DNA from: a virus
Taxonomy: Duplodnaviria > Caudoviricetes
Length of the DNA: 64,000 nt
Direction: 5' to 3' (one strand)
Virus record (IMG/VR): IMGVR_UViG_3300032303_002965
Span: 2,315 to 66,314 of that record
In this document: positions 26,301 to 35,219 of the stretch, in pieces
How the letters are laid out: every line of letters starts with the position of its first letter
How positions within the stretch are numbered: the stretch's first letter is position 1
Made by a program: the position numbers and the translations under genes
The notes under the pieces: generated by a model
Told to the model about the DNA's origin: nothing
Seen by the model: the letters and a program-made list of their open reading frames with translations, nothing else
Database searches by the model: none

Positions 26301-29300
26301 AATCATGATCTAATACTTTTACAACTTTTGAAATTTGAATATTTTGATTTTCATCACATGCATATATTTTATCTTCAATTTGAAAATCTTGAATATTTTT
26401 CCATCCATTAGGAGTAAATATTTTTGTATCTTTTGGAAAACACCTTGTGCCATACTGCTTAGGAGGAACATAATGAACGCATTGATATACATCTCCTGCT
26501 CTTTGAGTATATGTGCCAACATATAAAACTATTGGAGTATAATCATATGCACTTTTTCTAATCTCTGTATTAAAAGTACAAGTATCTGCAAATCTAATAT
26601 AAAAAAGATATGTTCCTCGTGAATTTGGAATACCTAATGGATATTTTGGTAAACTAGATTTACTTAATGTTTTATTAGCTTCATTTCCTACTTTTGTTAA
26701 TGTTGCTCCTCCACCAATGGCAAAGAAATAAATTTGATATTCTGGACTTATATTCGCTCCTCCATTTATTTGTATTTGAATTGTTGGTAAATTATCAATT
26801 GGATTAGCGCTAAATGAAGTTTTAACTAAATTTGTCGCAATTAAATTTAAATCTTGATATATTGGAGTAGATACAGGTCCAAATGAATTAGGATCTGGTT
26901 TATAACATGTATTACCTAAAGCATCAACAAATGGACTAAATCCATCTGTTATAGAATATGCGCCTTCAACATTAATAGCTACTTCTGGTCTAGTTCCGTT
27001 ATTATTTAATGTATTTACTGTTGGATCTTCTACATACATCCAAAATTTACTTTCATTTGTTAAATTTGTACTTGGACGAAATTCTACAAAATCCATATCT
27101 TTACCTTTTTTATAAGTATCTGATTTATCATTTGGACTAAATGTAAAATCTCTTGTTGGTATAGTTTGAGGTCTTCCATTTCCTTTTTTTGGATCAATTA
27201 TATAAGCAGCTTCATCATTAGTTATTTTTTTAAATTCAAAAATTTCATCCCCATATGTTCTAAATTTAATTGATATTATATTTTTTCCTATATTTTCAGT
27301 AGATGCAACTGGTAATTTTATGCTTAAAGGAAAGGCATTCCCAACAGATGCATCATTATATGAATATGGCGCGACATTAAATACTATGTATATATCATCA
27401 CTTTTGCCTTGAGTATTTGCTGCACAAACTTTTAATATTCCTCTACCTGCATGATTTAATTTACCTGTTAATTTACAAGTTGATGCATTAAAAGTTAATC
27501 CATTAAAAAATGAATTAGAGGGAAATGAAGATATATTATAGAATTTTTTTTCATCTGCTTCTTTTCCATCCATATTAGTAAAATTTGCCAAAGAAAGATC
27601 TACAGCATTACTTGTTGATTTCGCAGATGGATCAAATGTATAATTATAAATATAAGAAGGAGCATCTATAACTGGTTTAGATTTTAATTTTTTATTTGAA
27701 GATTGCTCTCCAGAAACTATTAAAAGTTTAAAAGTTATTTCCTGTCCACGACTACGATCATCATTATATATTATAAAATCAACAAGACTTCCATTAACTT
27801 CATTTTGAATATCATCAGAAATTAAACCACTTATACTTTGATCATCATCGTTATATGTTAAACCTAATTTATTTAAAATATCTTTTGTTGTTTCCGATAG
27901 TTCTATGTACCATGGACCATTTTTAATATTAGTTTTAAATTGATAATAAGATAATTGTCCTTTAAAGGCCACTAAAATTGGAGAACTAGTAACAAAAATT
28001 GGATCATTATCTAATGAATCTTTTACAACTATTGTTGTACTTTGTTGAGAATATAAAGGTTTTGTGTTACTTAAAGTAGTTGAAATTATGTTTCCAGTAT
28101 AGTAACCTACTTTTAATATTTGTTTTTTAGTTAAATAACTAAGTGTTGATATAGGATTAAATTCATTAAATTTTAACAAATCATTAGGGGCAACATTAAC
28201 ATCACTACTTTCTTTAAAACCAATAAATCCATTATATTCATATTTTACAGCCAATGAATTTGTAATCACTTGAGAAGCAAAATTTAATTTAGCTTTTGTA
28301 TTACTTCCTCCAATTGTATATGGAGCAATTATATCATCTTCAATTATAAAACTTCTTTTATCTATTATGCTTTTAATTTTTGCATATCTTGAAGATAAAA
28401 GACCATCCTTTGGATCAAAATATATAGAAGAAGATGTATCTTTTGATAAATAATCTGCCGCATTTAAAATACTTATATTTTTATCACTTATTGTTGTAGG
28501 TACATTATATATTGTTTTAATTATTTCTGCTGTACCACTTGTAGTTCCTTTTTTTATGTTTGAAATCCTAAATGTATTATTTGTTAGATAAGTAATCTCA
28601 TAAGTACCATTACCTATTGTTGGTGTACCTGTTTTAAATCTTATATAAACTTTATCACCATTTGATAAATTATGATTATTTAATGTAAAATCTATATATG
28701 TTGCTGCAGGTTGATTATAAGTTATATTATTAAATTCAATATTTTTTCCAGAGATTTTTCTTAAAAAATTTACATTAGAATTATTTGTAAAATGAAAAAT
28801 ATATAAATTTTTAGAATTATCTTCTGCTAAAGCTGAAGGTCTATTTAATTTTAAAGATCTTGTTGATGATATATATACATTTCCAGAAGTTACTTGAGAT
28901 ACTGTTGATCCTACTGTAAATCTATTTCCATCTAGAATACTTAAAATAAGATAATAATCACTTTTTGCTGAACCATTAATAAATTGTAAAAATATCTCAG
29001 TTCCAATGTCATTTCTATCTTTATTTTGAACATAACCATGATTATTAATCGTTAAAGTAATTGTTTGTCCATTTTGTGCATATGATCCATATGCGTTATT
29101 AGTTATGTTAAAACTATTACTTGATTCTTGACCTTTACCAACAAATGTAGTCACTTCTTTTGTATTTAAATTTAATTTTCTAATACAATGATTTTTTCTA
29201 TCAGCTATAAAAATTCCTGTATGATTATTGAAAGATAAACTTCCACTTTCTGTACATAAACTTACTGGATAATTAAACCTAGCACTTGACCCTGTGTGAT

Positions 29301-30546
29301 CTAAATAATTTGGTTGGCAAGCTGTTCCAGCAATAGTACTAACAGGAAAATTTAAATTTGGATTTAAATCTATTACTCTAATAGTATGATTATTTGTATC
29401 TGCAATATATAATCCTGTTCCATTTGCTAACGTTAATCCTCTTGGAAAATGAAATCTAGCTCCTGTGCCATTAATAGCATCTCCTGTTCCAAATTCTCCT
29501 GCTTTTCCAGCTATTGTTGTAACTTGACCTGCTACGCCAGATAAAGTAATTCTACGAATAGTATGATTTTCTGTATCTGCAATATATAAATTATTTCCAC
29601 TATAATCAATAATAACGCTATTAGGTTTATTAAATCTAGCATTAGTTTGTACACCATCATTTGACCCAGATTCTTCTGATAAACCAGCTAAAATAGTTGT
29701 ATCAGTTCTATAATATAAAACATTTGAAATTGTTTGTGTTGTTTGAGTTATTTTACAAATTCTATGATTATTTGTATCTGCAACATAAATACTATTATCT
29801 CCAGTTTTTATACAAATTCCTCTTGGATGATTAAAAGCTGTTGTACTTGATGTCCAAGCGCGAGTATTTGATCTTACATATGTTGAGCCTACCCCTGTAC
29901 CAATAAGTCCATTATATCCAGCAAAAATAAATGGAGTATCATTTTTATTTAATTTATATATTAAATTAGATTCTGGAGATGTATAATATCCAACTCCATT
30001 TTGATCAAAACAAATTCCCAAAATATTGTTTTCTTCAAGATAGAGATTATGATTTTTATAACCTATATTATCTGTATCTTTTGTTGTTATAATTATATCT
30101 TTAGAACCAGAATTTTTAATATATTCTGCTTGTATTAAGCCAACTAAATTTCCATCACCATCATATTTACTTACATCGGGTGATAAATTTGTATAATCTA
30201 TATGAAAATTAGAAATTTTAGCTGTAGTTACAGTATCATTTGGAGTACCAAATGCAGTCATTCCTTTTGTAAAATCCCATATAAACCAAAAACCCGCATT
30301 TCTATCTATACCTCTTATATAAGCTGGTTCATTTTGAACTTTTGCTAATCCTGCTCCTGGACTTGCTGTAAAAATTGGATTATAGGCGTCAACCATATCA
30401 GCAACATTAGCTGAGATGCCTAAATCAGTAGGTTCTCCAATATCATTATAAGAATATATATTAGAAAAATCATGTCCATTAGCGCCTCTCCATGCTATTC
30501 CGTCAATATATTTATTTGGATCGCAATTTTTACATTTTCTCGCCAT
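23353..30546 (-). CDS. Central tail tip / host-specificity protein J-like (2397 aa), with NHL and Ig-like front end and a Hint domain
   Basis: J motifs VLDVLSEGPIEG, TDNPAWCFYDL.TN.RFGLG, EPRFTCN, GCTSEGQA.R.GRW.L..E and PGDVI.V.D. NHL repeats (FNHPRGI..., IYVADT.NH.IR). Confidence 0.9.
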   Translation of the reverse strand: MARKCKNCDPNKYIDGIAWRGANGHDFSNIYSYNDIGEPTDLGISANVADMVDAYNPIFTASPGAGLAKVQNEPAYIRGIDRNAGFWFIWDFTKGMTAFGTPNDTVTTAKISNFHIDYTNLSPDVSKYDGDGNLVGLIQAEYIKNSGSKDIIITTKDTDNIGYKNHNLYLEENNILGICFDQNGVGYYTSPESNLIYKLNKNDTPFIFAGYNGLIGTGVGSTYVRSNTRAWTSSTTAFNHPRGICIKTGDNSIYVADTNNHRICKITQTTQTISNVLYYRTDTTILAGLSEESGSNDGVQTNARFNKPNSVIIDYSGNNLYIADTENHTIRRITLSGVAGQVTTIAGKAGEFGTGDAINGTGARFHFPRGLTLANGTGLYIADTNNHTIRVIDLNPNLNFPVSTIAGTACQPNYLDHTGSSARFNYPVSLCTESGSLSFNNHTGIFIADRKNHCIRKLNLNTKEVTTFVGKGQESSNSFNITNNAYGSYAQNGQTITLTINNHGYVQNKDRNDIGTEIFLQFINGSAKSDYYLILSILDGNRFTVGSTVSQVTSGNVYISSTRSLKLNRPSALAEDNSKNLYIFHFTNNSNVNFLRKISGKNIEFNNITYNQPAATYIDFTLNNHNLSNGDKVYIRFKTGTPTIGNGTYEITYLTNNTFRISNIKKGTTSGTAEIIKTIYNVPTTISDKNISILNAADYLSKDTSSSIYFDPKDGLLSSRYAKIKSIIDKRSFIIEDDIIAPYTIGGSNTKAKLNFASQVITNSLAVKYEYNGFIGFKESSDVNVAPNDLLKFNEFNPISTLSYLTKKQILKVGYYTGNIISTTLSNTKPLYSQQSTTIVVKDSLDNDPIFVTSSPILVAFKGQLSYYQFKTNIKNGPWYIELSETTKDILNKLGLTYNDDDQSISGLISDDIQNEVNGSLVDFIIYNDDRSRGQEITFKLLIVSGEQSSNKKLKSKPVIDAPSYIYNYTFDPSAKSTSNAVDLSLANFTNMDGKEADEKKFYNISSFPSNSFFNGLTFNASTCKLTGKLNHAGRGILKVCAANTQGKSDDIYIVFNVAPYSYNDASVGNAFPLSIKLPVASTENIGKNIISIKFRTYGDEIFEFKKITNDEAAYIIDPKKGNGRPQTIPTRDFTFSPNDKSDTYKKGKDMDFVEFRPSTNLTNESKFWMYVEDPTVNTLNNNGTRPEVAINVEGAYSITDGFSPFVDALGNTCYKPDPNSFGPVSTPIYQDLNLIATNLVKTSFSANPIDNLPTIQIQINGGANISPEYQIYFFAIGGGATLTKVGNEANKTLSKSSLPKYPLGIPNSRGTYLFYIRFADTCTFNTEIRKSAYDYTPIVLYVGTYTQRAGDVYQCVHYVPPKQYGTRCFPKDTKIFTPNGWKNIQDFQIEDKIYACDENQNIQISKVVKVLDHDLIPDKVYKVLLENGKIIRSNMEHPFLTDNNLYVPLKKLKAGDHLITFNKKKIKILDIIYDTEEPVYNLEVEKYHTYIAEGIFVHNMGGYGYYNGGEVTDERTARYLGYVPEYYNYTLVNSAIPGNCDKLISQIGASKTINGYGFRYTNTFLESKDIGITTLSNISVLDVLSEGPIEGITDYEIKPNQCSEDNRRDYPEQCPQIGDIGWSKKGVQVNKYPGISSFIRSIYWNETPLADDTYSDGSKGSLNFDFIKIKFDNADKAPQHTHAQNLKEINISEDLNTQKIGNGIPLENIYIFSNDGAVVSSEAKIPKLLTLTKTIGQRIFGKRVFKDGTSRTYKKSFNILTQDLYGLRFHIKISALSKTIVDLTIWESFDSAENNATSGRIDRLGAYFNLKLKKINRGTNNEGQVVETVTYQKNGQTFDYWRINCIGKILKGGYIETFEWLGLDKIVDKNTIGWEVEIEALHEESVDANILIECGADSITEIYQDRLIFPHTASVLSTFDARYFTSIPQRYYDVRLLKVKIPSNYNPFSKTYSGTWDGTFKIGWTDNPAWCFYDLVTNNRFGLGKYVNSKFIDKWTLYDISKYCDQLVSDGRGGLEPRFTCNILISTREDAYKVINDMASIFRAIVYYNAGLIFTSQDKPKEPIYLFNNSNIKNGEFTYNDTSKRVRRNVILVRYNNKDNFFKPAVKYIENREGLIRFGIREMDVTAFGCTSEGQAERLGRWTLLSENLEAEIVIFETSLPALYLKPGDVILVQDENRQNKILGGRALDLNKNYAVLDLKYQNITGYKNVISGCKFNVLTPAGNIEVGTPSGDKATELYMQNTSGISIPLNINGQTTTVNQIDENLLRRSQVQHRDLGLSLNGPNFFDFVSEETGINYSGFTRINLSSFPLDDSQHTLLKNTVWTLEVDPNFYNYINSPSVSGISTTGIYPGASLEPYMDKTQKFRILDLEEKEDYLYKITALQYNEDKFSLTDNI
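26047..26442 (-). other. Hint domain (mini-intein / bacterial intein-like), 132 aa
   Basis: CFPKDTKIFTPNG (block A), SNMEHPF (block B, TxxH variant), VYNLEVEKYHTYIAEGIFVHN (blocks F/G). The +1 residue is Met; no endonuclease domain. Confidence 0.92.
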
Positions 30547-30547
30547 T

Positions 30548-31432
30548 TTATTTACTTCCTAATGAACTTCTTTCTAATGAATTTCCAACAATATCTCTAA
30601 GTTGTAAAGCTTTGCCTTTTAGATCGAATGTATAACTTTGTCCTGGGAAATTTCTTTGCCCCGCGTCTGCTGGTGGAGATCCGTTTGAATAAATATTAGT
30701 TCTAGATTGAATACGATATAATTGATCATAAGAAGAAAATACTTGATGGCTTCCAATAATCAATCTACCATATCCAATTGGAACAGGTCCACCCTCTCCT
30801 TGAGTATTGACTGGACCATTAAATAAATAAGATGGTTCTCCACCTTGACTAGGAGACGCTTCAAAATCTGCAGAAGGATTAGCTATACTTTGCGGACTCA
30901 CCATAGGAGGTGGTTTCATCATTAACATAGATACTCCTAAAGCTAACAAACCTATAATTGCTGGAATTGCAATGCTTAATCCTATCCCAGGAGCAAATAT
31001 TCCAACTACTAACGCTAAAAATATAGCAAAAAATCCTTTACCACCACTTTTGCCTCCTCCACCTTTAGATCCACCACTTTTGCCTCCTCCACCACCACCA
31101 CCAGCTCCTTCAATAATAGGAACAACATCTATTGTTTGCAGCCCATTACTAAAATTCATAAAAGCTTCTGATTTATATAAATTTTCAATATGTTCTTTTT
31201 TTAAATCTTGATATTTTTCTGGAAGTTTTTCAAAGTCAGGCATCCAAAGGTCTCTTTGATTTATTAGTATTTCATATTTTGCATCTTCTTCTACTTTGCT
31301 TATAAAATATTTAGTAAATTTACCAGTATTTACATCAATAGCTTGAAAAGCTTCTGCAACGCTATCAACTTGTAAATTCCATTCTTTACCAAGTTTTTCG
31401 CCTATATCACCATGTAATCTAACCTTTACCAT
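30548..31432 (-). CDS. Tail assembly protein I-like
   Basis: MVKVRLHGDIG...W.L.V.SVAEA..AI; IDVVP.IEG; PSYLFNGPVNT..EGGPVPIGYGRL.IGS. Confidence 0.88.
   Translation of the reverse strand: MVKVRLHGDIGEKLGKEWNLQVDSVAEAFQAIDVNTGKFTKYFISKVEEDAKYEILINQRDLWMPDFEKLPEKYQDLKKEHIENLYKSEAFMNFSNGLQTIDVVPIIEGAGGGGGGGKSGGSKGGGGKSGGKGFFAIFLALVVGIFAPGIGLSIAIPAIIGLLALGVSMLMMKPPPMVSPQSIANPSADFEASPSQGGEPSYLFNGPVNTQGEGGPVPIGYGRLIIGSHQVFSSYDQLYRIQSRTNIYSNGSPPADAGQRNFPGQSYTFDLKGKALQLRDIVGNSLERSSLGSK
31041..31093. repeat. 23-bp direct repeat with 30-bp period, encoding a GGGGKSGG linker
   Basis: CCACCACTTTTGCCTCCTCCACC at 31041-31063 and 31071-31093. Confidence 0.85.
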
Positions 31433-31433
31433 A

Positions 31434-32183
31434 TTAAACCTTGCTCCTATGCCTTAAAATATATGATGTATATTTTTTCAGCAAATTATCATATATAGTT
31501 ACACAAGAAAAAGAATTATAAGGTTGATGCAAAATCGTGTCATTTTCGAGATAAATAGCACAATGAGATGGGTATTCTTCTGATATATTTGGATATGTAA
31601 CCATAATTCCATCATATTTTTTTAATTTAGTATTTTTATCTAACTGCAAAAATCCCTGCTCTTCAAAATTATTATGATATACTCCTTTAATATCTTTTAA
31701 AGATTTAGGATATGACATTCCATCTGGAAACCAAATATTAATTCCTGCTTCATTTTTTAAATAATCTTGGACTAAACTGAAACAATCTGAAATTTGAGTT
31801 ATATATGGTCTACCAATATAATTATTCTTTTTTGTATTTGCATAGTAAATATTAAATTTATCATATTTAATATTATAAAGAACATATATTAAATTATTTT
31901 TATTACTATTTATTTTATCAAATTCACTAAATTCAATATTTTCATCTATATGAGAATGATAACAACCTATTATTTTATAATTTAAAGAGCATTTTAAGTA
32001 TTCTCGTGGAGAAATTTCAAAAAAATTATTCTTATTTTTTGCTATATTTTTAGAAGGATATATATCAAATTCATATTTTTTTTCATCAAAAAATATTAAA
32101 CCACAAGATTCTTCAATTTTATTTTTTAAACATTCTTTTTTTATTTGATATTTAATTTTTTTATCAAATTCTATGTTATTCAT
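31434..32183 (-). CDS. Tail assembly protein K-like (JAB/MPN + NlpC/P60)
   Basis: EESCGLI...YHSH...FSEFD (JAB metal motif); DCFSLV.DY...HCAIYL (NlpC/P60 Cys and His). Confidence 0.9.
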   Translation of the reverse strand: MNNIEFDKKIKYQIKKECLKNKIEESCGLIFFDEKKYEFDIYPSKNIAKNKNNFFEISPREYLKCSLNYKIIGCYHSHIDENIEFSEFDKINSNKNNLIYVLYNIKYDKFNIYYANTKKNNYIGRPYITQISDCFSLVQDYLKNEAGINIWFPDGMSYPKSLKDIKGVYHNNFEEQGFLQLDKNTKLKKYDGIMVTYPNISEEYPSHCAIYLENDTILHQPYNSFSCVTIYDNLLKKYTSYILRHRSKV

Positions 32184-32189
32184 TTAAAA

Positions 32190-34601
32190 TTATTCTTGTG
32201 CTTGTTGAGAATTATATTTACCTTGTACAGATGGAAATCCTCCAAAAGGCAAAATTCCAATTAATTGATTTCCATCTACATCTAATGGAGCTTGAACTGT
32301 TTCTTTAAAAATTAGATCTCTTGATTCTACAAGACTTAAATTTTGACTTGATATTCCTGTGAATATTCCTACTCCAGAAATTTTTGATTCAGGAAAATTT
32401 GGATTATTTTTCCATCTTAATCTACAACCATTTAATGTTTTAGAACATGTATCAGCAATCCAATATCCAGTATTTGGAGGAGCATTTAAAGAACTTGGTT
32501 GATGATTAGTTCTGCAAACAAAATAATAGTTAATATAATTTTTTTGAACATATACAAAATCACCAATGTTATATCCTGTAGCATTAATTGACCAATATTC
32601 TTTATCTTTTAATTCTGTAAGTCCAGCGAAATGATATTCAAGGTTATGAATTGAATTTTCTAATTTTAAAAATGTTTTATCATTTTCATCTGCGACAGGT
32701 GGTGCGAATTTTATTCCTTTTGCTTTTTGATATTCTTCAATTGGAGTAACTGACATTGAACTATTTTCAGATGTTGACCGATTACAATTTCCAATTACTT
32801 CTCCATAAATTCCAGAATGAATTTTAGTTAATCTTCCTGGTTTAACATTTGTTGAACCATATTCATATAAACATCCTTCTCCTCTATATGCAAATGGACA
32901 ATTTTTAGATAATAATAATCTTGAAGGCAACTTTACTCCTTCTACATCAAGCAGAGAGGCAAGATCATAAGTAATACTAGATTTATCCTCTTGAGCTTTT
33001 CTATCAATATAGTAAATATCTGGAGTTAGTTCTAATTCATTAGCAAAAATATTTCTTACATCAATATTTAATATATCTCCTCCTAAATTGTTTACTGTAT
33101 TGAATATTTGGGGTACGCCACTAGGAATTCCTTCTTCAATGATATAATCTGTCATTAAAATTTGATAGTATTGAGTATTTAATGGAGTATTTAAATTACC
33201 AGTATTATAGCATGTTAATTTTAATCCTGTAGAAGAAATATTAGATACTTTATAATTAAAGAATTCATTATTTCCATTAGATTGAGCGTTAAAAATAATT
33301 TTTGGATTTGTATTAAAAGAAATTGGCAAAGTTATATTAATATCTCCAGAAGTTGCTGCACCAAAATTATAATTATTTTTTAAACTAACAAAATTTACTG
33401 TTTCTTTAGAAACAGGATTTAATCCTGTAAAAAAACCTGTATTAATTGATAATGCAAATAAATCTACTGGATTTTTAATAGATTCAGAAAATAAAATTTC
33501 TGCGCCAGTATAATCTGCAGAAATGAATTTACTATAAGAAAAATCTTTTAAATTTTCAAATCTTTCTCTAATTGATATAAAATGATTTAATTCTCCAGAG
33601 TTTAAACCAATATTTGTTTCAAAAGAAATGCTTTCTATATTAGAAGATTCTGTAACTAAATTTTTTCCAGAAATATATTTTTTGTTTACTACATATTTTA
33701 AATAATTATTATCATATATATTTTTTAAATAATTATTATTGGTGAAAAAATAATTAATATTTGATTTTTTTGCATCAAATATAAAAACATTAGAAGAGAA
33801 TATTTCGTTTAAATTCAGAGCATTATTAAGGTCATTTGAATAAGTTAATTTAAAATGATCTGAAGAATTTGTATAAAAATTTTGTTTTATTCCTCCATAA
33901 ATTTCTAAACCATCATCTGTTTTTGGTGAAGTAAAAATCGCTTTATTACTTACGTCTGCAAAATTAGAAGCTAAAGATATTTCTGGATAATATATTGCCC
34001 ATACTAATGAATTTGTTGGAATGTTTTTAGTTGTTCTAACAGAAAGAACATCTCCATCTCTAGAAGCCCAAGGTACATCAATTAAATCTTGAAAAGGATT
34101 AACTCCTCCAACAAAATTATCTCCAGGCAAATATCTAGCAAATGTTTTTCTTCTAGTTACTTTCGCGCCAGCAAGATCTTTTAATTCATTTATTTGCATT
34201 CTTAAATATTTAAAAAATGAATTATATTCATCATCTAAAAATTGACTTGATATTTTTAATTTTGGAGCAGGAATTGTTCCATTAGAAGTTATATCAAATT
34301 GTTCACCATAAACTGGAAATGGAAAATAATAATTAGGACTACCATCTATATCTTTACCAAAAATAATGATTCCTCGATTTATATTGAATAAATTAAAATC
34401 ATTATGAATTCGTAGAATACCTTTTTTAATTGGACCAGAAAGATTACCATAATCTTTAGTGGCAGGTTTTATATCTGTTAAATCTATTTCAAATAAGTAA
34501 ATTGGAGTTGATGGTTCAAGAGAATGAATATGAGTATTTATATCTCTTTGAGATTCTAATAATTGTATAAAATATTCTTCGGGTGAAATTATATCAGGCA
34601 T
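32190..34601 (-). CDS. Minor tail protein L-like, enlarged (803 aa)
   Basis: GAKVTRRKTFARYL..NF; IYYIDRK; LP.R....NCPF.YRGEGC.Y; D.CSK.L.GC.LR (four conserved Cys); LPFGGFP. Confidence 0.9.
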   Translation of the reverse strand: MPDIISPEEYFIQLLESQRDINTHIHSLEPSTPIYLFEIDLTDIKPATKDYGNLSGPIKKGILRIHNDFNLFNINRGIIIFGKDIDGSPNYYFPFPVYGEQFDITSNGTIPAPKLKISSQFLDDEYNSFFKYLRMQINELKDLAGAKVTRRKTFARYLPGDNFVGGVNPFQDLIDVPWASRDGDVLSVRTTKNIPTNSLVWAIYYPEISLASNFADVSNKAIFTSPKTDDGLEIYGGIKQNFYTNSSDHFKLTYSNDLNNALNLNEIFSSNVFIFDAKKSNINYFFTNNNYLKNIYDNNYLKYVVNKKYISGKNLVTESSNIESISFETNIGLNSGELNHFISIRERFENLKDFSYSKFISADYTGAEILFSESIKNPVDLFALSINTGFFTGLNPVSKETVNFVSLKNNYNFGAATSGDINITLPISFNTNPKIIFNAQSNGNNEFFNYKVSNISSTGLKLTCYNTGNLNTPLNTQYYQILMTDYIIEEGIPSGVPQIFNTVNNLGGDILNIDVRNIFANELELTPDIYYIDRKAQEDKSSITYDLASLLDVEGVKLPSRLLLSKNCPFAYRGEGCLYEYGSTNVKPGRLTKIHSGIYGEVIGNCNRSTSENSSMSVTPIEEYQKAKGIKFAPPVADENDKTFLKLENSIHNLEYHFAGLTELKDKEYWSINATGYNIGDFVYVQKNYINYYFVCRTNHQPSSLNAPPNTGYWIADTCSKTLNGCRLRWKNNPNFPESKISGVGIFTGISSQNLSLVESRDLIFKETVQAPLDVDGNQLIGILPFGGFPSVQGKYNSQQAQE

Positions 34602-34606
34602 ATAAA

Positions 34607-35155
34607 TTAACCAGATGTCTCTTCGAATTTAGCTTTAATACCATAGTTATCTTTAAAAGCAAAATTTGTTTCCCATTCTCTACAAACATATCTTGTTTTG
34701 TAAGTTGTATCAGCGTAAATATTGGGTGGACTATATGCAAAAGATTTTTTTGCTCCTTTTTCTATTAAAAAATGTAAAATAGCTTTTGCTTCTTGCTCTG
34801 TTCTTTGATCAAAATTGAACTGTAATGTTTTTAAATCTGAATTTAAACTTTGAGTAATTCTTTGCTCATAACCATTTCCAAATCTAATGGTTTTAACATC
34901 TGGTTTATGTTGAATAGTTGAAGTATAAGAAGGAGTCCATACAAATAAAGGTAATTTTAATCCATTTTGTAATGTGGTCACGCCACCCCAATAAATTGCT
35001 CCATTTGCTGTATCAGGTTCATTTTCTGACGCTTTTACATGGTCTTGTAATGAATACCAAAAATATCCATGATATTTAATTACTTCATGTTTTGCAATAA
35101 AAGTGCCTATATTAATGACGCTCCAATTAAGGATATTATCGTATACTGATGCCAT
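34607..35155 (-). CDS. Minor tail protein M-like with a short N-terminal extension
   Basis: PDVKTIRFGNGYEQRI..SLN...L.F.FD.R...EA..I..FL....AKKSF.Y.PP. Confidence 0.88.
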   Translation of the reverse strand: MASVYDNILNWSVINIGTFIAKHEVIKYHGYFWYSLQDHVKASENEPDTANGAIYWGGVTTLQNGLKLPLFVWTPSYTSTIQHKPDVKTIRFGNGYEQRITQSLNSDLKTLQFNFDQRTEQEAKAILHFLIEKGAKKSFAYSPPNIYADTTYKTRYVCREWETNFAFKDNYGIKAKFEETSG

Positions 35156-35177
35156 AAACCTTTTTCCTTTATACTAT

Positions 35178-35197
35178 TTACACTTAAAGGGGTGTAA
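35178..35197. promoter_or_regulatory. Back-to-back divergent late promoter motifs (TTACAC at 35178-35183; GTGTAA at 35192-35197)
   Basis: The only intergenic gap between the divergent blocks contains one motif copy per strand, each followed by an AAGG-type RBS. Confidence 0.7.
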
Positions 35198-35219
35198 TTT
35201 ATACCAAGGTATAAGGAAA

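Noticed and set aside
26047-26442. Ordinary mobile splicing intein
   Set aside because: The +1 residue is Met and there is no homing endonuclease; treated as a cleavage-type Hint domain instead.
20270-35200. Active invertible segment (shufflon-like)
   Set aside because: No inverted repeats found at the two boundaries and no recombinase in the window.
35103-35219. Track start at 35103 for the first tube paralogue
   Set aside because: It overlaps gene M head-to-head and spans the promoter region; ATG 35220 has the RBS.
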